In this document: one piece after another, positions 25,149 to 34,957 of the stretch | Numbering within the stretch: the stretch's first letter is position 1 | Layout of the letters: the number at the start of each line of letters is the position of its first letter | IMG/VR virus record: IMGVR_UViG_3300020458_000005 | Span: 1 to 49,375 of that record | Length of the DNA: 49,375 nucleotides | Direction: 5' to 3' (one strand) | From: a virus | Lineage: Duplodnaviria > Caudoviricetes | The notes under the pieces: model-generated | Databases searched by the model: none | What the model saw: only the letters and a program-made list of their open reading frames with translations | Told to the model about the DNA's origin: nothing | Translations under genes and position numbers: made by a program

Positions 25149-26430
25149 TGTGCCGCAGGGTGAGTTCCTGGCCATGCCGCACAAGTTCCGCGGCTTCGTA
25201 GCTGGGTTTGGCTCGGGCAAGACTTGGGTAGGCGGTGCAGGTATCTGCAAGCATGTCTGGGAGTGGCCGAAGATCAACTCGGGCTACTTCGCGCCGACCT
25301 ACCCGCAGATCCGGGACATCTTCTTCCCGACGATCGAGGAAGTGGCTTTTGACTGGGGGCTGAAGGTCAAGACCAAGGAAAGCGACAAGGAAGTCGAGTT
25401 CTATGCTGGCGGCCGGTATCGCAGCACCACCATCTGCCGGTCCATGGAGAAGCCGCAAACCATCGTCGGGTTCAAGATCGGCCACGCCTTGGTTGATGAG
25501 CTGGATGTTCTGCCGGTGCTCAAGGCGCAGCATGCTTGGCGCAAGATCATCGCCAGGATGCGTTACAAGGTAGACGGGCTGAAGAATGGCGTAGATGTCA
25601 CCACGACGCCGGAGGGCTTCAAGTTTGTCCATCAGCAGTTCGTGAAGCAGCTTAGGGATAAGCCGCACTTGGCCGGGCTGTACGGGCTGGTTCAGGCGTC
25701 CACCTTCGACAATGAGCTGAACCTGCCGGATGACTACATCCAGTCGCTGATGGAGTCGTATCCGCCGCAGCTGATCAGTGCTTACTTGAAGGGCCTGTTC
25801 GTCAACCTGACCTCCGGCACGGTGTACCACGCCTATGACCGGAAGCTGAACGGCACGGATGCGGAGCATCTGCAGGGCGAGGCGCTGCACATCGGAATGG
25901 ACTTCAACGTCGGCAAGATGTCGGCAATTGCGCATGTGCTGCGTGAAGGCCTGCCATTCGCTGTAGATGAGATCACCCAGGGTTACGACACCCCGGACAT
26001 GATCCAGAAAATCAAAGAGCGCTATTGGCGCTTCGATGGCAACACGTACCAGAAAACATGCGAGGTGCTGGTTTATCCGGACGCCTCCGGAGACTCGCGC
26101 AAGTCGGTCAACGCCAGCGTTACCGATCTGGCCCTGCTCAAGCAGGCGGGCTTTCATGTGAAAGCGCCGGCAGCGAATCCACCGGTTAAGGACCGGGTAA
26201 ACGCGATGAACGCGATGTTCTGTAACGCCAAGGGTGAGCGCCGGTACCGCGTCAACGCGGACAAGTGCCCGATCTACGCTGACTGCCTTGAACAGCAAAT
26301 ATGGAACGACAGCGGCGAGCCCGATAAGTCGCAGGGCGCTGACCATGCCAACGACGCTGGCGGGTACTTCATCCACAACCAGTTCCCGATCATCAGGCCT
26401 GTTACACAGTCCACCCCACTCAGGATGTAA
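25132..26430 (+). CDS. terL: Terminase large subunit
   Basis: AGFGSGKT Walker A, LVDE Walker B, TTTPEG, IGMDFN nuclease motif, DHANDA. Confidence 0.93.
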   Translation: MMPTLNVPQGEFLAMPHKFRGFVAGFGSGKTWVGGAGICKHVWEWPKINSGYFAPTYPQIRDIFFPTIEEVAFDWGLKVKTKESDKEVEFYAGGRYRSTTICRSMEKPQTIVGFKIGHALVDELDVLPVLKAQHAWRKIIARMRYKVDGLKNGVDVTTTPEGFKFVHQQFVKQLRDKPHLAGLYGLVQASTFDNELNLPDDYIQSLMESYPPQLISAYLKGLFVNLTSGTVYHAYDRKLNGTDAEHLQGEALHIGMDFNVGKMSAIAHVLREGLPFAVDEITQGYDTPDMIQKIKERYWRFDGNTYQKTCEVLVYPDASGDSRKSVNASVTDLALLKQAGFHVKAPAANPPVKDRVNAMNAMFCNAKGERRYRVNADKCPIYADCLEQQIWNDSGEPDKSQGADHANDAGGYFIHNQFPIIRPVTQSTPLRM

Positions 26431-26432
26431 CC

Positions 26433-27836
26433 ATGAGCAACGATCCAAGCAAGACAACGCCAGCTGTCGACGCGATGCGCGAAGACTGGGCGGTTGTCGA
26501 TCCGCTCATGAATGGCACCAAAGGCATGCGCGCAGCTGGCACGGCCCTGCTGCCGAAGTGGCCGAAGGAAGATGCTGAGGCGTACAAGGCGCGACTGAGC
26601 GCCTCGACCCTGCTGCCTGCTTACTCCGAGACTGTGGCCAGCATGACCGGTCGAGTGTTCGCAAAGCCAGTCACTGTTAGCGAGAATGTGCCGGCCCGTA
26701 TCGTCGAGCTGGCCGAGGACATTGACCAGCAGGGCAACAACCTGCAGGTCTGGCTGCAAGAGCTATTCAGTATCGGGCTGTCACGCGGGATCTGCTTTGC
26801 GCTGGTCGATTACCCGCGCGCTGCCGGCATTCGCACCCGGGCAGATGAGATTGCTGCAGGCGTTCGCCCCTATTCGGTGATCATCAAGCCAGAGCAGGTG
26901 CTCGGCTGGAAGTCCGTCGGTCAGGCGGGCGGGCAGGTGCTGACACAGTTCCGGTACATGGAGTCGGTCGAAGAGGATGACCCGGAGAATGAGTTCGTCA
27001 GCAAGACCATTCAGCAGGTTCGCGTGCTGGAGATCGGCAAGTGGACGGTCTGGCGCAAGCGTGAGGTTAACGGAAAGACGGAGTGGTTCGTCTTTGAAGA
27101 GGGCGTCACCACGCTGCCCCTGATCCCGCTGGCGGTGCTGTACACCAAGCGCACGGGTTTTATGACTGCCAAGCCGCCGCTGATGGAGCTGGCGCACCTC
27201 AACGTCAAGCACTGGCAGAGCCAGAGTGATCAGGACAACATCCTGCACGTTGCGCGCGTACCGCTGCTGGTGGCGATCAACCCGGGCGATACCGTGGATG
27301 CCACAGGCAAGATGGTGCCGTGGGAAATGACCATTGGCACGTCCTCCGCCACCCGTATGGGCCCGGATGGCGACCTGAAGTACGTTGAGCACACCGGCAA
27401 GGCCATTGAGGCGGGCCGCGTGTCGCTGCAGGACCTGGAAGCCCAGATGCGAATGGCCGGCGGCAAGTTGCTGCAGCGTGAAGACTCTGGCACCAAGACC
27501 GCGACTCAGGCAGACGAAGAAGCGGCGCAAGACAACAGCCCGCTGGAGACGATGGCGGGCCGTCTGGAGGATTGCGGAGACCAGATCCTACAGCTGTTCG
27601 CCATGTGGCTGAGCCTGCCGGACGGCGGGAACATCAAGGTCAATGGCAACTTTGATGCGGATTACATCCCCGAGGTGACGCTGCCGGCATTGCTGAATAT
27701 GCGCAATTCGGGCGCCCTGTCTGACGAAACGCTTTTCAACGAGATGCTGCGCCGCCGCGTCGTTTCCGATGACCTCAGGTGGGAAGACGAGCGGGAGCGC
27801 ATCGAGCAGCAGGGGCCGGCGCTGGGTAGCATGTAA
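26433..27836 (+). CDS. Portal protein (DUF4055-like)
   Basis: Position and size; Y..RL, PPLMELAHLNVKHWQSQSD. Confidence 0.85.
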   Translation: MSNDPSKTTPAVDAMREDWAVVDPLMNGTKGMRAAGTALLPKWPKEDAEAYKARLSASTLLPAYSETVASMTGRVFAKPVTVSENVPARIVELAEDIDQQGNNLQVWLQELFSIGLSRGICFALVDYPRAAGIRTRADEIAAGVRPYSVIIKPEQVLGWKSVGQAGGQVLTQFRYMESVEEDDPENEFVSKTIQQVRVLEIGKWTVWRKREVNGKTEWFVFEEGVTTLPLIPLAVLYTKRTGFMTAKPPLMELAHLNVKHWQSQSDQDNILHVARVPLLVAINPGDTVDATGKMVPWEMTIGTSSATRMGPDGDLKYVEHTGKAIEAGRVSLQDLEAQMRMAGGKLLQREDSGTKTATQADEEAAQDNSPLETMAGRLEDCGDQILQLFAMWLSLPDGGNIKVNGNFDADYIPEVTLPALLNMRNSGALSDETLFNEMLRRRVVSDDLRWEDERERIEQQGPALGSM

Positions 27837-28954
27837 TGGCGACCGTCAACGAGCAGATGCAATCGGCGTCAATCAGCCATCAGTTAGACCTGCAGCAGTA
27901 CAGTAACGCCGAGGTCCGCAAGATCATGGCGCTGTTGAATCGCGCCGATGCTGATTTGGCGGCTCGTCTTGCTGATGCCGTGGCCCGCATGGACGGCCAG
28001 AGCTTCACCGTGCAGTACCTGGAGCGCATGCTTGCCTCGGTGCGAGAGCTGAACGCGCAAACGATGGCTTCAGTTGCCGAACAGGTAATCACCGATATGG
28101 TGGCGCTGGGGCAATACGAGCTGGACTATCAGGACCGGCTGTTCACTACGGTTATTCCGGCCCCGGCCTTGGCGGTCGCGCCGCTGGCCGGCGTCACGCT
28201 GGCGCAGGTTCGCCAGATTGCATTTAGCCGCCCGTTTCAAGGCAAGCTGCTGTCGGAGTGGCTGAGCGACATCGAGGCCGCCCGGGCTGCCCGCATTCGT
28301 GATGCGATCCGCATCGGCATGACCAGCGGCCTGACCAATGACCAGATTGTCCGCAGCATTATGGGCATCAGGTCAGAGGGCTACGCTGACGGCCTGCTGA
28401 ACCGGTCACGGCAGGACATCGAGTCGATGGTGCGCACTGCCATCGGCCATGTGTCGCAGGGCGCGCGGGATCAGTTCTATGCAGCCAACGATGACCTGGT
28501 CGCTTCGGTCAAATGGCTGAGTACTCTGGATTCGAGGACATCGCCCGATTGCCGGTTGCGTGATGGGTTGCGGTACAGCAAGGATCACAAGCCGGTCGGG
28601 CACTCAGTGCCATGGCTGGCAGGCCCGGGTCGCATCCACTGGCAGTGCCGGTCTACGTCGACGCCGATCATCACGCTTTGGGAAGAGCTGGGCCTGACGC
28701 CCGAGGAAATCGGCGAGGCTGACCGGGCCAGCATGGATGGCCAGGTGCCTGAGTCCATGAGCTATGGCGACTGGCTAAAAACCCAGAGCGCAGAGCGCCA
28801 GGACGAGGTGCTTGGCCCGACACGCGGCAAGCTGTTCAGGGAAGGCGGGTTGACCCTTGATCGCTTTTACAACGACAAGGGCCGTTATCTGGACCTGGAT
28901 CAGCTGCGAGAACGCGACGCGCGGGCCTTTGAGAAGGCGGGTATTGCGGCGTAA
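27836..28954 (+). CDS. Minor head morphogenesis protein (SPP1 gp7/Mu gpF-like)
   Basis: WLSTLDSRTSPDCRLRDG...PGRIHWQCRS. Confidence 0.85.
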   Translation: MATVNEQMQSASISHQLDLQQYSNAEVRKIMALLNRADADLAARLADAVARMDGQSFTVQYLERMLASVRELNAQTMASVAEQVITDMVALGQYELDYQDRLFTTVIPAPALAVAPLAGVTLAQVRQIAFSRPFQGKLLSEWLSDIEAARAARIRDAIRIGMTSGLTNDQIVRSIMGIRSEGYADGLLNRSRQDIESMVRTAIGHVSQGARDQFYAANDDLVASVKWLSTLDSRTSPDCRLRDGLRYSKDHKPVGHSVPWLAGPGRIHWQCRSTSTPIITLWEELGLTPEEIGEADRASMDGQVPESMSYGDWLKTQSAERQDEVLGPTRGKLFREGGLTLDRFYNDKGRYLDLDQLRERDARAFEKAGIAA

Positions 28955-28963
28955 CATCAGCGC

Positions 28964-29197
28964 ATGACCGACAAGCGCCGATTCACCGTCATCGACGGAA
29001 CGCCAGCACCAGAGACACCAGCAGAGCAGGTGCGCAAGCGCGTTCGCGCTATGCCAAGGCCAAAAGCCATGCCCCAGTGCGGCCGCTGCGGCGGTCGTGA
29101 GTACATCGAGGCCAAGATCGGTATTGGCAAGTCGGTGACCAAGCAGAAGCTGTGCGTACTATGCCTTATGGGCGGCGAAAGGGTGGTGATGGGATGA
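28964..29197 (+). CDS. Small zinc-ribbon protein
   Basis: CGRCGG...CVLC. Confidence 0.6.
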   Translation: MTDKRRFTVIDGTPAPETPAEQVRKRVRAMPRPKAMPQCGRCGGREYIEAKIGIGKSVTKQKLCVLCLMGGERVVMG

Positions 29198-29242
29198 TTG
29201 GTGGGGCATGATTAAGCGCCATCACATAATCAAGGAAAGACC

Positions 29243-29437
29243 ATGATTCAAGGCAACGAAAATCAATCTGCTTGGGACCAGTATTACGCCGCTGCTGTGA
29301 TAGCTGTCAGTGCAAAAGCATCTGAAGGCAAAGGAAGCCCGCTAGACGGCTTGCAGAATACATCGCTGGCGATAGCCAGTCGCGCGGCACAGCTGGCAGA
29401 TCAAATGATGGCCGAGCGCCAAAAGCGATTTAAGTGA
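29243..29437 (+). CDS. Small moron-like protein
   Basis: AAGGA RBS, lower GC, WDQYYAAA...AAQLADQMMAER; followed by terminators. Confidence 0.6.
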   Translation: MIQGNENQSAWDQYYAAAVIAVSAKASEGKGSPLDGLQNTSLAIASRAAQLADQMMAERQKRFK

Positions 29438-29455
29438 ACAGGTAGAACTGAAAGC

Positions 29456-29518
29456 AACCCGGCCAAGCGCCGGGTTTTTTGTACCCAAATTTCAGCCTCG
29501 CTCATGCGAGGCTTTTTT
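29456..29518 (+). terminator. Two intrinsic terminators before the scaffold gene
   Basis: AACCCGGC-CAAGC-GCCGGGTTTTTT and AGCCTCGC-TCAT-GCGAGGCTTTTT. Confidence 0.75.
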
Positions 29519-29596
29519 ATGCCCGCGTTTCGGATGAAACAGGGCGAACCGGGCCGGATGGCCTAGCAGATGGGCGGATGCCCGAGGAAATACACC

Positions 29597-30379
29597 ATGC
29601 CTTTCAAATTTGATGCTGATGGCCACATCGTCCTGCAAGAGGTCAACGGCCAGAAACTGCCGGTATTTACTGATGCTCAGGGTAAGGAAGCGCCTTTCGA
29701 CGCTGACAGCACCGTCGCAACCATTGGCCGCCTTAACGGTGAAGCCAAGGGGCATCGCGAGCGTGCCGAGGCGGCTGAGGGCAAGCTGAAGGGCTTCGAG
29801 GGGATCGAAGACCCGGCAGCGGCGCTGAAGGCGCTGACGACCGTCAAGAACCTCGACGAGAAGAACCTGATAGCCGCAGGTGACCGCGACAAGGCTGTCT
29901 CCGAGGCGGTGAAAAGCGTTGAGGAAAAGTACGGCCCGGTGGTCAAGGAAAACGAGACCCTTAAGGGGCAGCTGAACAACCATCTGATCGGTGGCGCGTT
30001 CGCTTCCTCCAAGTTCATCGCTGAGAAGTTTGCGGCCGAGGGCCCTGCTGGCGTTGAGATCGCCCGCGCTCTGTTCGCCAACAGCCTCAAGGTCGAAGAC
30101 GGCAAGGTCGTTGGTTATGACGCCCAAGGCAACAAGCTCTACTCCCGCACCCGGCATGGCGAGCTGGCCAACGCAGAAGAGGCTATCGAACTGCTGGTCG
30201 AAGCCTATCCCTACAAAGACCACATCCTGAAGGGCTCTGGCGCCAATGGCGGCGGCGCTCCGAACGGTGGTGGCGGAAACAACGGCGGCAAGAAGTCCAT
30301 GAGCCGCACCAGCTTTGACGCGCTTTCTCCGCCTGATCAGGCAGCGTTTGCGCGCGAAGGCGGCGTAGTCAACGACTGA
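29597..30379 (+). CDS. Capsid scaffolding protein
   Basis: Upstream of the MCP; coiled-coil, Gly-rich C-terminal linker and short terminal helix. Confidence 0.75.
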   Translation: MPFKFDADGHIVLQEVNGQKLPVFTDAQGKEAPFDADSTVATIGRLNGEAKGHRERAEAAEGKLKGFEGIEDPAAALKALTTVKNLDEKNLIAAGDRDKAVSEAVKSVEEKYGPVVKENETLKGQLNNHLIGGAFASSKFIAEKFAAEGPAGVEIARALFANSLKVEDGKVVGYDAQGNKLYSRTRHGELANAEEAIELLVEAYPYKDHILKGSGANGGGAPNGGGGNNGGKKSMSRTSFDALSPPDQAAFAREGGVVND

Positions 30380-30480
30380 CGCCGCAATCATGCCGATGCC
30401 CGGATGGGGGTCGGTGCTTGGGTCGGATGGCCCGGAAGTCTGAAAACTCAATCATCGATCTGAAATCAAGGAGCCTTCAA

Positions 30481-31644
30481 ATGGCCAACACTCTGACCGG
30501 GCTGGTGCCCACTCTGTACAACGCGCTGGACGTGGTGTCCCGCGAACTGGTCGGCATGATTCCTGCCGTTTCCTCTGACATGACCTACGATCGCGCTGCT
30601 GTAGGCCAAACCGTGATGTCTCCGGTTGTTGGTTCTGCCACTGCTACCGACATCACCCCGGCCGTTACTCCGCCGAACGACGGTGATCAGACCATCGGCA
30701 ACGTGCCGATGACCATCACCAAGGCTCGCCGTGTCCCGATCCGCTGGAACGGCGAAGAGAAGCGCGGCCTGGACAACAATGGCGCAAGCTACAACGTCAT
30801 TCTGTCCAACCAGATCCAGCAAGGCATGCGTACTCTGGTGAACGAGATTGAGGCTGACCTGGCTGCTCTGCACGTCAACGCCTCCCGCGCCTACGGCACC
30901 GCCGGTACTGCCCCGTTCGGCACCGCTGCCGACCTGAGCGATTCCGCTGGTGCTCTGCGCATTCTGGAGGAAAACGGCGCGCAAGGCCTGGACTTCCAGC
31001 TGGTGCTGGGTACCGCGGCAATGGCTAACCTGCGCGGCAAGCAGTCTGTCCTGTTCAAGGTGAACGAGTCGGGCCGCGAGGACATGCTGCGCAATGGCAT
31101 CACCGACCGCCTGCAAGGCCTGGCTCTGCGTCAGTCCGCGCAGATCAAGACCTTCACCCCGGGTACTGGTGCGTCCGCCACCACCAACGCTGCAGGTTAT
31201 GCCGAGGGCGCCACCGTCATTACCCTGGCATCCGCGGGTACCGGCACCGTTCTGGCTGGCGACGTGATTACTTTTGCTGGCGACAGCAACAAGTACGTCG
31301 TAGCCAGCGGTGACACCGATGTATCCGACGGCGGCACCATCACCCTGCAAGCACCGGGTCTGCGTCAGGCCATCCCGGCATCGGCCACCAACATCACTGT
31401 GATCTCTGCCAGCGCGCGCAACATGTTCTTCGCTCGCTCGGCGATCGCTCTGGCGACTCGCGCACCGGCCCTGCCGGAAGGCGGCGACAGCGCGGTGGAT
31501 CGCATGATCGTGACCGACCCGCTGACCGGCCTCAGCTTCGAGGTGTCGATGTACGCCCAGTACCGCCAGATGCAGTTTGAGATTGCTGCAGCCTGGGGCT
31601 GTGCTGCGGTGAAGAAAGAACACATCGGCCTGCTGCTGGGCTAA
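30481..31644 (+). CDS. Major capsid protein (P22 coat-like)
   Basis: MANTLT start with AGGAG RBS, strongly biased codon usage, size and position. Confidence 0.88.
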   Translation: MANTLTGLVPTLYNALDVVSRELVGMIPAVSSDMTYDRAAVGQTVMSPVVGSATATDITPAVTPPNDGDQTIGNVPMTITKARRVPIRWNGEEKRGLDNNGASYNVILSNQIQQGMRTLVNEIEADLAALHVNASRAYGTAGTAPFGTAADLSDSAGALRILEENGAQGLDFQLVLGTAAMANLRGKQSVLFKVNESGREDMLRNGITDRLQGLALRQSAQIKTFTPGTGASATTNAAGYAEGATVITLASAGTGTVLAGDVITFAGDSNKYVVASGDTDVSDGGTITLQAPGLRQAIPASATNITVISASARNMFFARSAIALATRAPALPEGGDSAVDRMIVTDPLTGLSFEVSMYAQYRQMQFEIAAAWGCAAVKKEHIGLLLG

Positions 31645-31692
31645 TCCCGTTTGCCGGGGCCTCCGGGCCTCGGCCTCTTTCTGGAGCAACGC

Positions 31693-31926
31693 ATGAAAAC
31701 CATCAAGGTAAAACCGTGGGGCAAGGATCAGGGTGACCACGTCGTCATCAACGAGTCCGACTACGACCCGAAGGTTCACAAGCTGCTGGACGAGGCTGAC
31801 GACAGCGACAAGCCATCCAAAGGCCTCACTGTCGAGCAGCTGACGGCCGCTCTCACTGAAAAAGGCATCGAAGCGCCTGCGAGCGCCAAGAAAGCCGATC
31901 TGGCCAAGCTGCTGGACGAGGCATAA
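31693..31926 (+). CDS. Small protein with C-terminal HeH/LEM-like domain
   Basis: LTVEQLTAALTEKGI...AKKADLAKLL. Confidence 0.7.
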   Translation: MKTIKVKPWGKDQGDHVVINESDYDPKVHKLLDEADDSDKPSKGLTVEQLTAALTEKGIEAPASAKKADLAKLLDEA

Positions 31927-31929
31927 CCC

Positions 31930-32424
31930 ATGCTGATCATCGAGAATGGCTCAATCGTGGCCGGTGCCGACAGCTACGCCACCGCTGCCGAGCTGGCGAC
32001 CTATGCCGCCAACTACGGCCTGACCATTCCCGGTACCGAGGCAGAGCAGGAAGCCCTGCTGCGCCGCGCCTATCTGCAGATGAACACCCTGCCTTGGAAG
32101 GGCTGGGCGGTTAACCGCGACCAGACCGGTGCCTGGCCGCGCTATGGGGTGCTCTCGAACGGGTATGAGCTGCCATCGGACGCTATCCCGCGCCAGGTCA
32201 AGCAGTGCCAGATGGCGATGGCGGGAGAAATCCATGCAGACGACATCGACCCGCCCGAGCTGCGCAAGGGCGCCGTTATCAAGGATCGCGTCGAAGGGGC
32301 GGTAGAGCGGCAGTATGGCGCAGCGAAGTTGTCAGTATCGACGCCTGTGGCTGGTCGGCAGTCGCTTGCCAACGTGGCCGGGCTGCTTGAGTCGTCTTGG
32401 CAGATCCCGATGGTACGTGGATGA
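31930..32424 (+). CDS. Head-tail adaptor (DnaT-like family)
   Basis: ADSYAT...Q..AWPR...IP.QVK..Q. Confidence 0.75.
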   Translation: MLIIENGSIVAGADSYATAAELATYAANYGLTIPGTEAEQEALLRRAYLQMNTLPWKGWAVNRDQTGAWPRYGVLSNGYELPSDAIPRQVKQCQMAMAGEIHADDIDPPELRKGAVIKDRVEGAVERQYGAAKLSVSTPVAGRQSLANVAGLLESSWQIPMVRG

Positions 32425-32804
32425 TGGCCGGCTTCTACGACGAAATGGCCACGGTCGCGCTCGAACTGATCTCTGAGTTCGGCCAAGCCGGCCAGATCAA
32501 GGACGAAGTGCCGGGAAGTTACGACCCGGTTACCGGTGACGAGACGGGCGGCAGCACGTCGACTCAGGACGCCCAGATGATCCTGCTGGATTACACCTCT
32601 CAAGAGGCCGGGGCGAAATACGCAGCGGGCACCGAGGTGAAGGTGGGGGACAAGAAGATCCTCATCGCCGCCAAGGGGCTGGACAGTGCGCCCCTGATGA
32701 CCAGCCTCATCCATGCCGATGGCGCTGACTGGCGGGTGCAGAGCATCAAGATCTCCAATCCGGCCGGCACTCCGCTGGCCTATGAAATTCACGGGCGCAA
32801 GTGA
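32424..32804 (+). CDS. Head closure/stopper protein
   Basis: YDPVTG, GDKKILI, PAGTPLAY motifs; position. Confidence 0.7.
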   Translation: MAGFYDEMATVALELISEFGQAGQIKDEVPGSYDPVTGDETGGSTSTQDAQMILLDYTSQEAGAKYAAGTEVKVGDKKILIAAKGLDSAPLMTSLIHADGADWRVQSIKISNPAGTPLAYEIHGRK

Positions 32805-33211
32805 TGAGCTTCTCAGGCGATATCCGCAACTTCGCAAAGGACGCGACCGAAGCGCACAACAAAATCACCCGGGCCGCGACGCTGCAGCTTTTCGGCGATG
32901 TAATCAAATCGACTCCCGTTGATACCGGTCGAGCCAGAGGGGCGTGGACCACGTCTGTTGGAACGCCGAATGAATCTCCTGAGCGCGAGGACAAGATCAA
33001 GGTTGGCAGAACCGGCGGCGAAGCAATGGCTGAGGTCGAAGAAAATACGCCGCCCGGAGCAGGCCAGGTCACCTACCTGTCAAACACGCTCCCTTACATC
33101 CTCTTCCTTGAAGAGGGCAGCAGCACTCAAGCGCCCACCGGAATGGTAAGAAAAAATGTGGCCAGGGTGCAGCGCATCGTCAAAGCGGCAATCGCCAAGC
33201 TCAGGGTCTGA
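32804..33211 (+). CDS. HK97 gp10-like tail completion protein
   Basis: TPVDTGRARGAW, N.LPY...LEEGSSTQAP.GMV. Confidence 0.8.
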   Translation: MSFSGDIRNFAKDATEAHNKITRAATLQLFGDVIKSTPVDTGRARGAWTTSVGTPNESPEREDKIKVGRTGGEAMAEVEENTPPGAGQVTYLSNTLPYILFLEEGSSTQAPTGMVRKNVARVQRIVKAAIAKLRV

Positions 33212-33214
33212 CCA

Positions 33215-33634
33215 ATGTCCGAAATCAGTATCAACGCCGCCCTGGTGCAGGGCCTGGCGGCGGCAGCGCTTGGCCTGCCAACAGGCAACGAAGGCAAGGA
33301 CTTCACTCCGCCAGCAGTGACCCTGCCGTGGGCGAAGTGGCACAACCTGCCCGCATCCACTGACGTGGCCAGCCTTGGCGCTGGTGGCGTGGATGAAACA
33401 GTCGGGGTGTTTCAGGTCGATCTGAACTACCCCATGAATGACGGCACCGGGAACATCCTGGCCGCCGTTCAAAAGCTGCGCAACTACTTCGTCGCTGGGC
33501 GCCGGCTCGTCTATGACGGCCAGTGCGTCCATGTCGACCGAGTAACGCGCGGCAATCTCCGGCCGGTCGACGGCTGGCAACGCATCAGCGTATCGATCTA
33601 CTACAGCGCAACAACCATCAGACCGGAGGTATAA
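33215..33634 (+). CDS. Tail terminator protein
   Basis: GVFQVDLNYP motif; directly upstream of the tail tube gene. Confidence 0.7.
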   Translation: MSEISINAALVQGLAAAALGLPTGNEGKDFTPPAVTLPWAKWHNLPASTDVASLGAGGVDETVGVFQVDLNYPMNDGTGNILAAVQKLRNYFVAGRRLVYDGQCVHVDRVTRGNLRPVDGWQRISVSIYYSATTIRPEV

Positions 33635-33636
33635 CC

Positions 33637-34788
33637 ATGGGCTGCTTTGCTAACGGCTCCGCCACGAAGCTGTACTACACACTCGAGTTCTCGACCATGA
33701 CGGCCGCTACCATCAGCGCCACCGCGTCCGGCTCGACCTTTTCCGATTCTGGCGATGGCTTTATCGATGATGGCCAGTTCGCCGTGGGCCACATCATCGA
33801 GGTGTCGGGTTTCGCCACCGCAGCCAACAACGGCAAGTTCAAGATTGCAACCGTGGCCGATGGCGCCATGACGGTCACCGACGTGAATGGCGGCGCCGTC
33901 ACGCTGGTCAATGAGGCCGCTGGCGAGACCGTAACCATCAGCCAGGACGGCGGCATTCCCGCCAACCCGGAGTTCAAGCCGGTGCGCTTTGTCACCCAGG
34001 GCCTGACCCCGAACGTCAACCAGATCGAATCCGCCGAGATGAATCCGTCTCGCCAGCGCCCGCCGAGCCGTGGGGGTACCTACAGTGTGGCCGGCGAGAT
34101 CGCTGCAGAGGTGAGCTTCGGCAGCTTCTCCGACCTGATCGAAGCAGCCTTGCAGGGCGCTTGGGCGTCCAATGAGCTGATTGTCGGCTCGACCGAGCGC
34201 AGCTTCGCCTTCCTTGAGCGCCACACCGACATCAACGTCGACTACATCTATCGGGGCTGCAAGGTTGGCACCATGGCCATCAGTGCGCCCCTGGGCGACA
34301 AGGCCGGCATTACCTTCAACATCCTCGGCAAGGGCGCGGCCAAATACACCGTGCCGGCCGGTGCGACCTTCGCTGCAGCCACCACCACCGACATGATGGT
34401 GACCACCAACGGCTCATTCACCGAAGGCGGCACCGCGATTGCCTACGCCACCGAGTGGAGCGGCACCATCGATAACGGCATGGAGGCGTCCTTCGCCCTG
34501 TTCAGCCGTGAGGCCTACTGCATCAGCAACGGCGTGGCCACCGTCTCTGGCAGCATGAGTGCCTACCTCAAGGATGAAGTGCTGTGGGGTAAGGTGCTGG
34601 ACGAGGCGGAAACCAGTCACGTCATCGTGCTGCAGGAAGGATCCGACAGCTACACCATCGAGGTGCCGAAGGTGCGCTACGTTCAGGGCCAGAAACAGGT
34701 CGGCGGGCCAGGCGCGGTGATCCCGCAGTACACCTGGAGCGGCGGTTACGACGGCACCACTTCGCTACGGATTACGCGGAGTTCGTAA
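33637..34788 (+). CDS. Major tail tube protein with inserted beta-rich domain
   Basis: GGAGG RBS, biased codons, position, followed by a terminator. Confidence 0.8.
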   Translation: MGCFANGSATKLYYTLEFSTMTAATISATASGSTFSDSGDGFIDDGQFAVGHIIEVSGFATAANNGKFKIATVADGAMTVTDVNGGAVTLVNEAAGETVTISQDGGIPANPEFKPVRFVTQGLTPNVNQIESAEMNPSRQRPPSRGGTYSVAGEIAAEVSFGSFSDLIEAALQGAWASNELIVGSTERSFAFLERHTDINVDYIYRGCKVGTMAISAPLGDKAGITFNILGKGAAKYTVPAGATFAAATTTDMMVTTNGSFTEGGTAIAYATEWSGTIDNGMEASFALFSREAYCISNGVATVSGSMSAYLKDEVLWGKVLDEAETSHVIVLQEGSDSYTIEVPKVRYVQGQKQVGGPGAVIPQYTWSGGYDGTTSLRITRSS

Positions 34789-34807
34789 CAGCTCAAGCAA
34801 GACAACT

Positions 34808-34842
34808 AAGCCCGAAAGGTTAACGCCTCTCGGGCTTTTTTG
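34808..34842 (+). terminator. Intrinsic terminator
   Basis: AAGCCCGA...TCGGGCTTTTTT. Confidence 0.75.
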
Positions 34843-34957
34843 TGCCCGCCGAAAGGCGGTGCAACAAGCAGGCTAGGCCAGATCAGCCGAAAGGGGACGG
34901 TTTTGCTCCGCCTACGCCCTTGCCTGCTTACCCCTTTTAAGGCGGAAGGAGCAGCAC

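Noticed and set aside
24895-26457. 520-aa minus-strand ORF
   Set aside because: Antisense shadow of terL; typical of high-GC codon bias, with no motifs
30466-31779. 437-aa minus-strand ORF
   Set aside because: Antisense shadow of the major capsid gene
34861-34930. Hammerhead ribozyme (GAAA next to stems)
   Set aside because: The CUGANGA core is absent
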